Assembly (NCBI RefSeq): GCF_006345805.1
Contig: NC_043003.1
Location: 34,658,001-34,722,000, forward strand
Direction: 5' to 3'
Length of the DNA: 64,000 bases
Origin: Octopus sinensis
Taxonomy: Eukaryota
The notes below the pieces were generated by a model that saw only the letters and a list, made by a program, of their open reading frames with translations, was not told the DNA's origin and made no database searches. Numbering within the stretch: the stretch's first letter is position 1; each line of letters opens with the position of its first letter. Made by a program: the position numbers and the translations under genes. Of the stretch, positions 1 through 12,789 are shown in pieces.

Positions 1-1276
1 ATTTCAGCAAGTCGGAGTCCTGAATAATAGTGGTATGAGGCTGATTAATTATTAAAGGGCGATAGTTTAACTAGTCACATTTTAATCGGCATCCATCGCA
101 ATGGGCCATAGGATTTTACAGGAAAGTTAACTTCATTGCAGGCATTCGGGGAAGATCTAACGTTTCCTTCTCTTCACACTTTTTGTAAATACAATAACCT
201 GAAGATGTTCAAGTACAGAATTGGGTGCGTCAATCTCGATAGTTCGAGTAGGACGCTAAATATGAACGACTTTTCTCAAAGCTGAGAGCTTTGTAACCGT
301 TTGTGTAGTGTTGTTTACAATTCCACAGTAATTTAGACATGGCAGTTCTCCTGTAATACTATAGTTTACGTCAATAGTTCAAAAATATTGACGATATTCT
401 GACTGTGGACAGATATTTCTACTATTTTGCCAAGAAAAGTTATAAGCCACTTCTTAATTTTGCCAGATCTCCGGAGCCAAATGGACGTATTTAAGACACA
501 CCTATAAACACATAAAATATTCATATTCACATATACAAAGATGCAAGCCGAACTTGTATGCCTATTAATCCATTAGAAATTGTTAATCTCTTAGAGAAAT
601 GTCATTGCTAATTGAGGTAGTACCCATGCGATTCACAGCTGAACGCTTCATCTACTGAGCTAATCCTTGAAGTCAATTTTATACTCATAAATCATTACCA
701 CTCTACGCCCCAATTTTCATATCAATTACTCAATCCAACTCAAGATGACTTTTTTGTGTTTTAATTGAATCTCCAGAATATTTAATTAATTTCATTTTTA
801 TTTTTCAAAATTTCTTTAACGGTTTTGAAGCTCAAAAATATTTTATGATAAAATGCATTCGTTATTGTAAAAGGAAAATATAATTCTTTAAAACTATTGA
901 TTCTTTCCATAACTCCAAGAAGATCATTTGGGCGTGTCTTGCATAGTAACAATTGCTATTATATGTGTCTTGCATAATACAATTGATGTTATATGCGGGA
1001 TCCCCGGAAGGCTTTCATGCAATTTACTGCTAGTTAACGAAATATTTGTCAATCATGCAATACTATCCATGAGATATACCTTACTATCCATTCTCAGTTA
1101 TATAGATATTGCTGCTGTGATACAAAAGGACTGTGCAACTGACAAAACAGGAATTAAAAGATCTCTCGGTTGTGGGTCAGTATGCTGAGATCTCCATTCT
1201 CACACAAGGGCGTTATTTTCCTTTCTTCTCTTTCTTTTTTGCATGCCTTTTTGCGTTTATTATTACTCGTTTATAA

Positions 1277-1672
1277 GGCGGTGAGCTGGCAGAAGCGTTA
1301 GCACGCCGGGCGAAATGCGTAGCCGTATTTCGCCTGCCTTAACGTTCTGAGTTCAAATTCCGCCGAGGTCGACTTTGCCTTTCATCCTTTCGGGGTCGAT
1401 AAATTAAATACCAGTTGCGCACTGGGGTCGATGTAATCGACTTAATCCGTTTGTCTGTCCTTGTTTGTCCCCTCTGTGCTTAGCCTCTTGTGGGTAGTAA
1501 AGAAATAAGTATTTCGTCTGTCTTTACGTTCTGAGTTCAAATTCCGCCGAGGTCGACTTTGCTTTTCATCCTTTCGGGGTAAATAAATTAAGTGCCAGTT
1601 GCGTACTGGGGTTGATCTAATCGACTGACCCCCTCCCCCCAAATTTCGCGCCTCTTGCTTAGAGTAGAATAG
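1277..1672 (+). mobile_element. Dimeric tRNA-derived SINE (family A) with 18-bp TSD
   Basis: Head GGCGGTGAGCTGGCAGAA, B-box-like GAGTTCAAATTCC present twice (internal duplication). Direct repeat ATTATTACTCGTTTATAA at 1259-1276 and 1673-1690. Confidence 0.9.
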
Positions 1673-1854
1673 ATTATTACTCGTTTATAAATAATACTTT
1701 TAAGCTACTTTTGTATGATAAAAACATGGAAAGATTGACTTTGATGCATTTCTTCACGAAAATTGTGCGAGCAAAGGTATGACTATGTGCAATCTTATAT
1801 ACCACGGTACGTTAAATAGATACGTCTTTTTTTAAATAATGGTTTCAAATTTCA

Positions 1855-2235
1855 CAAGAGCAGGAATTTTGGGGGATGGGATGAGTCAATTACATTGACC
1901 CCGGTGTAAAACTGGTACTTATTTTATCGAGGATGAAAGTGAAGTCGAACTTGGCGGAATTTGAACTCAGATCCTAGGGACGGGCGAAATACAGTTAAGC
2001 ATTTCGCCCAACGCGCTAACGATCCTTTTCTATTTTAGGCACGAGGTCAGATATTTTGAGGGAGGGGGCCTGTCGATTAGATCGATTCCAGTACGCAACT
2101 GGTACTTAATTTATCGACCTGAAGGATGAAAGCAAAGTCGACCTCGGCGGAATTTGAGCTCAGATTGTAGGGACGGACGAAATACTGTTAAGCATTTCGT
2201 CTAACGCGCTAACGATTCTGCCAGCTCACCGCCTT
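1855..2235 (-). mobile_element. Two tandem family A SINE copies, antisense to 1277-1672
   Basis: Reverse-complement matches (gtcgacctcggcggaatttgagctcag; gattctgccagctcaccgcc). Confidence 0.85.
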
Positions 2236-2637
2236 CGATAACGATTCTGCTAACCCGTGCATAATAGAATCGGATAACGGAATGGGTACCATATGTGTCT
2301 GACAGAAACTGTGAAGGGGTACGTCATATTGAGAACATACACACGCACACACATACACGTTCACACATACATATTTATATTCACACAAACTGTGTGTGGA
2401 TATGAATATAAGGCTCTGTGAATGTGTTTGTGAGTGTATGTATTTTCGGTGATATATAAATTTGAAGGATATACATAAACTTTAGGCAGCAAACCGAATC
2501 ACCGGTCCTTCGTAAACTTTGAGATATTGAGTTTAAAGACTCCTGTGTCATTTTCTCTTCTTTACTTTATAGTGATCATTTCCAAAGGATTTCACATTTG
2601 CAAAGGTTTAGATGAAGACAGAGAGAAAAAGAGAAAT

Positions 2638-2682
<45 letters not shown>

Positions 2683-4209
2683 GAGAAAGAGAGAGATTGT
2701 TTGTGTAAGTGAATTACAGGATGTGCTTATGTGTGCGCATATGTATGTGTGCTCTTGTTGTACCGATGGTAATTTAGGAAGTTTTAAGAAGTAAATATTG
2801 TGAAAACCATGCAGTCTATCTAGTCTCTGGCACTTCAGAATTAGAGCACTGGGCTGAAATTTTGGTTCTACTGTAATGTTTTCGCCTGTAGTATAATGGT
2901 AAAGCTCGGCAGACAGTTAAATCGATTCCGGCACTTGACTGGTACTTTTATTGACCCCAAAGGTGCGCGTGTGTAAGTGGGTGGTATAATGAAAGTCCAA
3001 AAATTTAGAAGTATTTAAAGTTAGAAGATAAATAGCTGGAACAAATACGAAAAATGTATTTTGTCTGAGTCTCTGCCGCATCTACTAATCTACCATCCTA
3101 ACTTCCTTGTCACTCTCACCGCTAGAAAAGCATTAAACTCTGGAAGCCTTTAATCAACGATACTCTTTTTCATGAATCTCGATTGAAAATAAAATAAATT
3201 TATAGATTTACATTTTTATGCGAAAACATTGTGGTAAACTACGAAATAGTGAAAAATCAATAATTCAACTGATTTCTTTATTTATTGAAACCCTTACCCC
3301 ACAAAAAGTAGAAAAAAGAAAAAGGAAAAAAAGAAAACTTCCTTTTGTTGAATAGCGTTCGTCACATTAACAAGAAAATATACTTAGAAATATATTTAAA
3401 AAGAGAGACATCAAATACAAAAGAACGCAAATATAAAACTAAGGCTGATAGAAAAAAATTAATTATTTCCAAAATCAATAAGGTGTAACGGCTATAGTGA
3501 CAACGAATCTCATATCCTTATTGGTAATGTGTTATATTCATAGGAAACATATTCATCACTCAATGGCTCTTTCAACCTAACTCCAAATAGACACAATGAG
3601 GCGGTACAGTATTTAAAATAATTATTGACTGACATAAAAATATCTCATGCATATGTGTGCACGCATACGCGCACGTGTGTGCGTGCGTGCGTGTGTATAT
3701 GCGTGCGTGCATGCCTGGGTTTTCGGGCGTGTGTTGTCAACCGGTGTGAGAAGAAATATGGTACAGTCGATGTTCTCTCTCCTCGCATTTTCTGACAATC
3801 TTTTAACATAGTTAAGCGCTTCTCTGTTGTTCACCTAAATACGATGGCCAAACGCATATAATAGTCACATACACTGACATCCATTAGCATATATGTGTGA
3901 TATACAGATATTTCACCACAATATTCTTTAAGATCGCTATAACTTACATTGTTTAGAAGGGTTTATTGGCCAGAGAAGTCTCTAAGTATTAACCTTTTGA
4001 TATATCGAAAAGCCATATAGCACAATTCACATTTCCACAGTGTTAATATGAAGAAATACCCATTCTCTCGCCGATACACAATTCTACAAACAAATACACA
4101 GTGACGAATATATAGACATACACAGGTTAAAAGACTATTTCGAAAGTTTTCTTTGTGTTAGTGTCTATGAGATGATGGATCTGAGATAAAATGTTATTAT
4201 GAAATAAAC

Positions 4210-4372
4210 CAGGAGTGGCAGTGTTGTAAGTAGCTTGCTTACCAACCACATGGTCCCGGGTTCAGTCCCAATGCGTGGCACCATGGGCAAGTATCTTCTA
4301 CTATAGCCTCGGGCAGATCAAAGCCTTGTGAGTGGATTTGGTAGACGGAAACTGAAAGAAGCCCGTCGTATA
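4210..4372 (+). mobile_element. SINE family B, 5' half
   Basis: Matches the head of the full copy at 59865-60250 (ggttcagtccc B-box-like; gggcaagtatcttctactatagcctcggg); ends in (TA)n. Confidence 0.85.
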
Positions 4373-4378
4373 TATATG

Positions 4379-4442
<64 letters not shown>

Positions 4443-5584
4443 TGTATGTACGTGTTTCTGTTTGTACGCGTTTGTGTGTGTATGTGTGTGCGCGTAAATA
4501 CAAAATAAACACACATATATAAGTTACATTCAGTATATGTATATATATATGTATATATATATATGTGTGTGTGTAACTATGTGTGTGTGCGTGTATATAT
4601 ATATACTCACACAAATATATATATATATTTATATGCATGTATTTACGCATGTATATTTGTGATGTGCATACCTATGAGTGTATGCGATAGTGTATAAAAA
4701 TCTGCATATTAACAAGTATGCATACACGCCTGCGCACCACATACATACATACATACATACATACATACATGCACGCACACACACGGAGGCACGCACACAC
4801 ACACACACGCATATGAATACATACCATATATATATGCATGCATGAATGTATGTATATTCAGGTGACGGAATTAATTCGGTCGTACCAGCGTAGCCAAATG
4901 TTTAGATCAAGTAAGTTACCATGCCTAGAGACCAAGCACAGCAGGGTTTTAATTCATGAGTCATCAATGAATCTTGCATTGCCAATGGGCTTTTTTCTAT
5001 ATTCATATTTTTTCATTCACTAATTGCTTTTCTGCATCTATCCTTTTTTTTTATCCTTCCTATTTTATAAGTGTTTGTGACAATATTAGAATGTGCATTT
5101 TGAAAAGTATTTTTTTTCTTCCTTCAGTTAACTCCCTTGATTATCTTGATAAGTGATGCGAAGCAGACAATTCCAAAAATTCAGCCATCGTTTTGGTTGG
5201 AAGGTGAGATGAAATTGCAACACCGTTCATTAAACCCTCCATTATTTTGTTCAGAATTAACGCGAAACAAGCGTAAAACAAGCGATATGAAGCAATGTTA
5301 ACGCCCTAGTGATACAAACAGCCTTAATACCGTATACTTTCTATAGTCAATTAGTTTCACTACACACCCTCTCTTTCTCTCTTCTTCTCGCAATCTCTCT
5401 CTCCATTTCTCTCTCTCCCTACTTTCGCTATCTCTCCAACACACACGCATTAACATACATGCACACATGTATACACGAGCAAATATAAGATTCAAAAGCA
5501 CACACGATACACACGCACAACTCCCTCCCCACACACACACGTACACAGACACACATAAACATACACACAAAGATACACACACAC

Positions 5585-5625
<41 letters not shown>

Positions 5626-5899
5626 GAAACGTACCTCCACCCAAATATTTTGTGTTTTACTAAAAATCAAACTCTCATTTTTTCTGTACTAATATTCACA
5701 TAAATGCCAGTTATGATTTCAAAATTCGTCTGGTTTTACACAATCAAATCATTGCACTTATATTACAGGTCCATTTTTCATACTCTAGTAAAACAAGATA
5801 CGAAGTCAATGACTTAAGTTTTGATTTAGAAAAAAATACACGAATCGTTATGCACATTTATGTGTGCACATACGACCTACTCATAGTTTCTTGCTTTGG

Positions 5900-6060
5900 A
5901 GACACGAGTCTATAGGCAAGTCTTTATAATACGCCTGGTGTCTCCAGCCACCCCAGGCTCTGAATACAGTGTCTATTCTTTTGCAAATCAGGACGAGGGT
6001 ACATGAGAAATGACAAAGCAAAAATGAGAAAGTAGATGCAAAAAGTGGAAGGTTGAAAAT
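5900..6060 (+). repeat. Diverged partial copy of the long-TIR element at 32950-33455
   Basis: Shares ...gtctccagcc...tacatgagaaat...gatgcaaaaagtgg with the 32970-33100 arm. Confidence 0.5.
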
Positions 6061-6137
6061 AAACAGCAAAAGCATGTAAAGCTGCAATTAAGCTATTTGT
6101 AGAATTATTCAACATATATATATATATAATATATATA

Positions 6138-6208
<71 letters not shown>

Positions 6209-6329
6209 GTATGTGCGTGTATGTATATATATATATCAGAGGACTTAGGACTTTCTTGTTTTCTATCCATGGGGTTGAATTAGTAAACCAGGTTGAGTTG
6301 GGCTCTAAGCTGTACCACAAGCAACTTAC

Positions 6330-6341
6330 CTTGATGGAGAA
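6330..6341 (-). CDS. Candidate 12-nt microexon (TTCTCCATCAAG) on the NOL4 strand
   Basis: Minus strand reads gcatgCTAATctttttctgttaCAG|TTCTCCATCAAG|GTAAGT: branch-point-like CTAAT, pyrimidine tract, CAG, consensus AAG|GTAAGT donor, length a multiple of 3. Splice-signal evidence only. Confidence 0.4.
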
Positions 6342-6532
6342 CTGTAACAGAAAAAGATTAGCATGCTGTCCATGGATTGTGGCAAACATTTGCAGTTACT
6401 TTCTGATATCATGTCTATCTGTCTGTCTGTCCGTCTGTCTCTCTCTGTCTCTCTCTGTCTTGTATCTCTCTCTGTTTGTTTGCTTCTTTCTCTCTCTCTC
6501 TCTCTGTATATACATATATATACTTTCATTCT

Positions 6533-6730
6533 TTTATTCTTTTATTTGTTTCAGTCATTTGACTGCGGCCATGCTGGAGCACCGCCTTTAGTCGAAGAAA
6601 TCGACACCAGGACATATTCTTTGTAAGCCTAGTACTTATTGTATCGGTCTCTATTGCCGAACCACTAAGTTACGGGAACGTGAACACACCAACATCGGTT
6701 GTCAAATGATGGTTGTGGGGGACAAACACA
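6533..6730 (-). mobile_element. SINE family B, 3' half
   Basis: Reverse complement of ggcggtgctccagcatggccgcagtcaaatgactgaaaca seen at about 60200-60240. Confidence 0.85.
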
Positions 6731-6939
6731 GACACACAAACATACACACAGATACGCCCCACTCCATATATATATATATATATATCTATATAATATATAT
6801 ACTACTGCACAATTACACAACCATGTACGCAACTCGCGCGCACACACAAAACAACCCAAAACTCACATAGAGATACATAACCATATATACACCCAAGCGT
6901 ACATGCACACATACACACCAATATATCTATATTATATAT

Positions 6940-6992
<53 letters not shown>

Positions 6993-7158
6993 TATATTAT
7001 ATATATATATATTTGTGAAATAGAAAGATGAATAATCTTGTTGCAGATTAATCAAAAGTTTAACCGATACCTTGGTAGCAAAAATCACAGCAGAAGACAG
7101 CACGTTGGAGGTACAACCCTATGGTGTTGCACCGTGCGTTGTGCCGATAATTGAATTT

Positions 7159-7560
7159 TAATATTATTAGTGATTGAGAAAATGGAGTTAACGAAGATTG
7201 AACAGAAATCGTTTTATTGCATTACAACGTGTTTCGAAAGGCACAATTTACCCAATTCCGATTGAATAAGGAGACCATATTGTGTCTTTCTCTCAGAAGG
7301 AATAGGAAATCCGTTGGAAAAACAAACACACATCAGACAGGCGGAGCAAACAATCGAACGAGGCTCCTAAGAGCCATGGCCAACGGATTTTTTCCAACGG
7401 ATTTCCTATTTCTTCCTGAAGAGAAAGACACAATATGGTCTTCTTATTCAATCGGAATTGGGTAAATTGTGCCTTTCGAAACACGTGTAGAATGCAATAA
7501 AACGATTTCTGTTCAATCTTCGTTCAATCTTCGTTCAACTCCATTTCTTCAATTCACTAA

Positions 7561-7568
<8 letters not shown>
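7159..7568. mobile_element. Fold-back/MITE-like element with ~165-bp near-perfect inverted arms
   Basis: 7159-7323 is the reverse complement of about 7388-7568 (e.g. gtgtttcgaaaggcacaatttacccaattccgattgaataag / cttattcaatcggaattgggtaaattgtgcctttcgaaacac), ~65-nt spacer, TA-rich ends. Confidence 0.85.
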
Positions 7569-7598
<30 letters not shown>

Positions 7599-7918
7599 AT
7601 GCACGTTACATTTCGTGCGTTGTAAAGATGTGTTAGCTTCCTTGAGATCTTAGTATATGTAACTATATACAAATCCATGTAATTGCGTACGAATTGCGTG
7701 CTACACGGTTTTAAATCATGCGTGTACGCTGATGCAATCATATGCGCATGTACACATCTTCTGGCTGTTATCAGTGTACCTGGTTATATGATCTTCTGAG
7801 CATACCGTGTGATATTGGCAATAATTTGTAATTACAAACGTATCTAAATATTAAAATCCCAGCATTGTAGAATAAGTTGAGCATATCATACGGGTAGCAC
7901 GAAGTCTATTTCGGGCAC

Positions 7919-7955
<37 letters not shown>

Positions 7956-8434
7956 TCACACTACAGACACGCACACACACAAACACATACCCACCTACGC
8001 GCGCGCTTACACGCTTCTATGTCTTACATCACACGTTTCTCTCTCTGTCTCTCTCTTTATCTCTCTACCTATCTGTCCTTCTCTTTGTACATATATATAT
8101 ACGTATGTGTGTGTATGCGTGTGTTTGTGTGTGGTGTACATACATATAAAGACATAGCTTTAGGCCACTACTCACACATATATACCATTAGAGATATACA
8201 GACATAAACGCAACTAGTGAGAGATGTATCGTATATATGCACATATATACATTTTCAGAATTCTTTTTACAAATACACATGCTGATATATGACTTACGTT
8301 GGACTCCTCATTCGAATAATCACCGAACCTGGAGTTTAACTATAGTCTGTCCATAGCACTTATTCAGCATTACCTGACACCTTTGGGTCTTATTGACACC
8401 ATTACCTCTCACAACCTATATGTGTGTATGTATA

Positions 8435-8486
<52 letters not shown>

Positions 8487-8503
8487 TACATACTATATAA
8501 TGC

Positions 8504-8567
<64 letters not shown>

Positions 8568-8669
8568 CATATATATACGTTCTAATCCTACCCCGCGATA
8601 GGTGAAAATCCACGGAGTAGAAATAGTGTTGTTCTGTATATTTTTGAAATTATGTTTATAATTTTTTTA

Positions 8670-8820
8670 GGCGTGGCTCTATGGTAAGAAGCTTGCTTCC
8701 CAACCACATGGTTCAGGGTTCAGTCCCACTGCGCTGCACCTTAAGCAAGTGTTTTCTACTGGCCGACCAAAACTTTGTGGGTGGATATGGTTGACGGAAA
8801 GTAAAAGAAGGCCGTCATAT
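8670..8820 (+). mobile_element. SINE family B, 5' half (diverged)
   Basis: ggtaagaagcttgcttcccaaccacatggttcagggttcagtcccactgcg matches the family B head. Confidence 0.8.
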
Positions 8821-9121
8821 ATATATATTCCTGAACTCAAGACCAGCTTGTCTTCTCCGACTAGAATCACATCGACATGCATAAATAAATACATACGTAA
8901 ATGCAGTTATATACTCAAACTCACACCTACCAATCACGTAAGAGCATAATTTTCAGAACGAAACGAAGGAAAGTGTATGGAAAATTTTTAGTTTTCAGTT
9001 TTAAAGACAGCCGATAAGACTCTCCGGCAACGTAACTTGTTTCAATTTCAAATATTGGCTATTGAGCAAATCAGATGGTAGGCAGCTCCGGGTTTGTGCA
9101 TGTGTATACATGGGGCCCTGC

Positions 9122-9203
<82 letters not shown>

Positions 9204-9214
9204 GTCTGTCTGTC

Positions 9215-9247
<33 letters not shown>

Positions 9248-9368
9248 CCTGTCTGTCTATCTGTCTGTCTGTCTATCTATCTGTCTGTCTGTCTGTCTAT
9301 CTATTTGTCTATCTATCTGTATGTCTGTCTTCTGTCTATCTGTCTATCTATCTGCCTGTCTGTCTGTG

Positions 9369-9423
<55 letters not shown>

Positions 9424-9484
9424 GTCTGTCTGTCTGTCTGTCTGTCTATTTATCTGTCTGTCTGTCTGTCTATCTATCTGTCTG

Positions 9485-9553
<69 letters not shown>

Positions 9554-9562
9554 GTATCTATC
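9122..9562. repeat. Compound (TCTA)n/(TCTG)n microsatellite
   Basis: Directly visible; source of the spurious SIYL/SVCL ORFs. Confidence 0.97.
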
Positions 9563-9573
9563 TCTGTCAACAC

Positions 9574-10950
9574 CCGTTAAAAGGAGGGCTGGGCATGCCG
9601 TGGTTGATGATGTGCAGACACGCGCTGAGACTGCGACATCTCCGGCTCTATGTAGACGACGGTGAACAGGTGTGGTCGCCGTTTGTGAGGCACGCATTCC
9701 CGCAACTCGCCTCCATGACCGAACTACAGTCGTGGATCAAAAAGAGGCCGAGGAAGGGCGAATGGCACCGCGAGTGTCGCGTTGCTCTCAAGCAACTCTG
9801 CCGTCCCGGGTCGACCTTGAGTGACTTCAACACAACCAAAGCATTCTATAGGGGATTAGGGGAGGGGAGGTACGACGACGAGCTCGAGGCAAACCTGGGC
9901 GTCGACGAGGAATACCTGACCCGCCTGTTTCAAACGACTTTCGGCCCGGGACCTATGGACAACTTCCAGAGATCCCTGGCCTGGCGGTGCTACCGAGAAG
10001 CGCTACCCGTTCGGGATAAGCTCTATAGGCATGGCTCGAGAAACACGGGGCCGACCTGCCCGAGACGCGGGCAGAGCGACGAAACCGCCTCTGCACGCAA
10101 TCGTGCAGTGTCCAGCAATTTCCGACCTGTGGGCTTATGTCGAACGACTGCTGTCACGTGTGGGACGTGTCGGTTTATCAGCCGAGTCTATCGTTAATAT
10201 CGTCACGCCTCCTTCTTTCAACGGGAAGGAAGAGCTATTTTATCATACTTGTGGCTATGGCGAAAGAATGTATCTGGTGGACGCGCCTGAAAGGATTAGA
10301 GACAAACACTTTTCTCTCTGGTCAATCTCTCATCAACTTCTTCAAGTATCACTTGAAGAGGAAAGTGAGAGTAGAGAGGCAAGTTTTGTCTAGTGAATGT
10401 TTTAAAAAAAGATGGGTGAATGTAGCAAGGATGGCACGTATGAATGACGAAGCCACCTTGACTATGATTCTATGAACCATAAAAATTAATACAGAGAGTT
10501 GCTTATTGCAAAAAAAAAAAAGAAATATAACATGTGACTTCATTGACCGAGGTTACCGTGGTCTTTTCCGTAGGCTTTTCTTTCCACGGGTAAACCTCAC
10601 CTGTCCTCCCCTTTACACTTCATATTGACATTTCTGTGATAACGATCCCTATTGATCAAATTTTTTTTTCCTCTCCCCCTTTTTTTACCCCCCCTTTTTT
10701 TGTCCTCTTTCTCTCCTTTTACGATCCCTTTTGATCGAAACTCCCCCCCTTTTTTTTTTTAACCTTCAAAAGAAAAGCTCTACCTTGTAATTTGTTCTAT
10801 CTGTGTGCAGCCCTGTGTGGCTAATAAAGAAACATATCTATCTATCTTTGTTTTCATCCCCCAAAAGAAAGCTCTACCTTGTAACTTGTCCCATCTGTGT
10901 GCAGCCCTGTGTGGCCAATAAAGAAACTTATCTTTCTATCTATCTATCTA
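9574..10950 (+). mobile_element. 5'-truncated L1/Tx1-clade non-LTR retrotransposon (ORF2 C-terminus, frameshifted; 3' UTR; duplicated 3' end)
   Basis: PLKGGLGMP (PxxxGGLG motif after RT) and zf-RVT-like C-P-R-[C>R]-G-x-x-D-E-T-x-x-H-A-I-V-Q-C across a frameshift near 10090; second frameshift near 10220; stop at 10473-10475. AATAAAGAAAC followed by TATC repeats occurs twice. TCTGTCAACAC repeated at 9563-9573 and 10955-10965. Confidence 0.88.
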
Positions 10951-11219
10951 TCCGTCTGTCAACACACATACACCACTCCCATACGCATACGTATTGAAAG
11001 ATGAATATAGGTTAGAATGGGAGTGTTAAAATGGTCTATAGCACACACACACACACACACACACCACCACACACACACACGTACTTAAACGCGTGCTTCT
11101 AATGAAATCATGTTCACGTCCGCAAATTTTCTCCACATGACAGGAAGTAAGTCACATGCTTTTTGAAAAGCATTTTTACTAAATAACTCCATTGGAACTA
11201 TTATATGTAATCAATATAA

Positions 11220-11410
11220 TGGTGCTTGTTATTCTTAGCCCCAGGCTATCCTTGATTAAAGAAACCTATCAAAGAAGACATTCAAGTCGTGATCATCCCA
11301 TCAATTAATCATATGATTTATTGAGTATTTTTTTTTTTGGTTAAGGCAGTATGTTGAGATTTGAAGCAATATCGACTGTCATTTTTAGCGGTCCGAGAGA
11401 CACGTTGATT
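11220..11410 (-). mobile_element. Degenerate interspersed repeat fragment (ends ctggggctaa-caac type tail)
   Basis: ttgttattcttagccccagg is the reverse complement of the tail at about 42115-42140 (gatctggggctaaaatactaaaacaac). Confidence 0.45.
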
Positions 11411-12122
11411 CTCCTCTTTGTTGTGATGGACGTTGACTTCACGCCTGGCAGCTTTTATGTATCAATCTTATGCTTGTACGCTTCAATGAGAATGGTTGTT
11501 CTATTTGGTAAGATTCCGATGCAAAAATAATGGTCGGCACGAAACCAAGCCTGTGCCATGAAGCGTTATAATCTCATAAGGAAAGTATGTTAAGCAAGCC
11601 TGGGAATGAAGGTGGTGGTGGAACATCCGTTCAACAATCCGACAGGCTGTACTAAGAGTTAGCGGCCATGTTGGAATGTTGGATGCAAAACACGGCAAAA
11701 TTAGATAAAATTAGATATCTACTGCAATCGGTTTCAATATACCTTCTACCAATTGCTTCTGTTTTAAAATCACGTAAATCGCGCCTAAATGTGTATATAA
11801 GTGTACAAAACATCATAGCGAATACACCACACCGTATACATACAATAAGCTGCATATTGCAAATTTCTATATGTTCTGAAAACATACAAATTATATGTTC
11901 CGATTTTTCATCATCATCATCATCATCTCTCTCTCGCTCCGTCTCTCTCGCTCGCTTGCTCCGCCTCTCTCCCTCTCTCTCTCGCTCTGTATCTCTATCT
12001 CTCATTCCGTATCTCCCAACTCTCTCTCGCTCTCTCACTCTTTCTTTCTCTGTCACTTTTTCGCTTTCTCTCTCTGACTCCCCCACTTTTGCATTCTCTA
12101 TAGATACGCCAACGCATATAAA

Positions 12123-12196
<74 letters not shown>

Positions 12197-12789
12197 CACA
12201 CACACACACACGCACACGCACACACACACACTCACACACACACATATATATATATGCTGCGTCCATGTTTGTATATATATATATCTACCATTTTCTTTGT
12301 CTCTATTCCCCTCTCTGTATATAACTGTGTGGGTGTGCGCGCACATGTTAAATGTAGACACGCGTATTTATAACCAGATCATCTGTGCATATTAAATTTA
12401 CCTGTTTTAAATATCACATGTATAAGCATGTACCCCCCGCCCACAAACACAAACATACAGACACCCACTTGTATGTAAAAAGGTAGACAAATTATTATGG
12501 AATAATGATATATCAAAACATACATCTACGAATATTTCTCAAAGATTTTTGTTCACAAAATATATGTAACGTATGAAATTGTGAAATAACTGTCAAGCCG
12601 CTTATGGTCATAAATACAATGCAGTTGTCTTTCAAATACTTTGTCCTGACATTTATCTTACTTGTAAGTCCAGAATGGAATCGGTAAGCGGAAAACAACA
12701 AAAAGACAGGTTATTCTAAATTACAGCACACAGAGCCTGCACTTATTTTGTTTTATCTCCAAGAATTCTGTTTCGGCACTGACATACTC

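Noticed and set aside
8290-8400. Minus-strand exon ending CCAAC|GTAAGT
   Set aside because: No acceptable acceptor, in-frame stops upstream and no NOL4 similarity.
9062-9665. Long ORFs of [16 protein letters not shown] type here and throughout (e.g. 14381-15137, 23613-24326, 57698-58504)
   Set aside because: Translations of microsatellites; no coding evidence.
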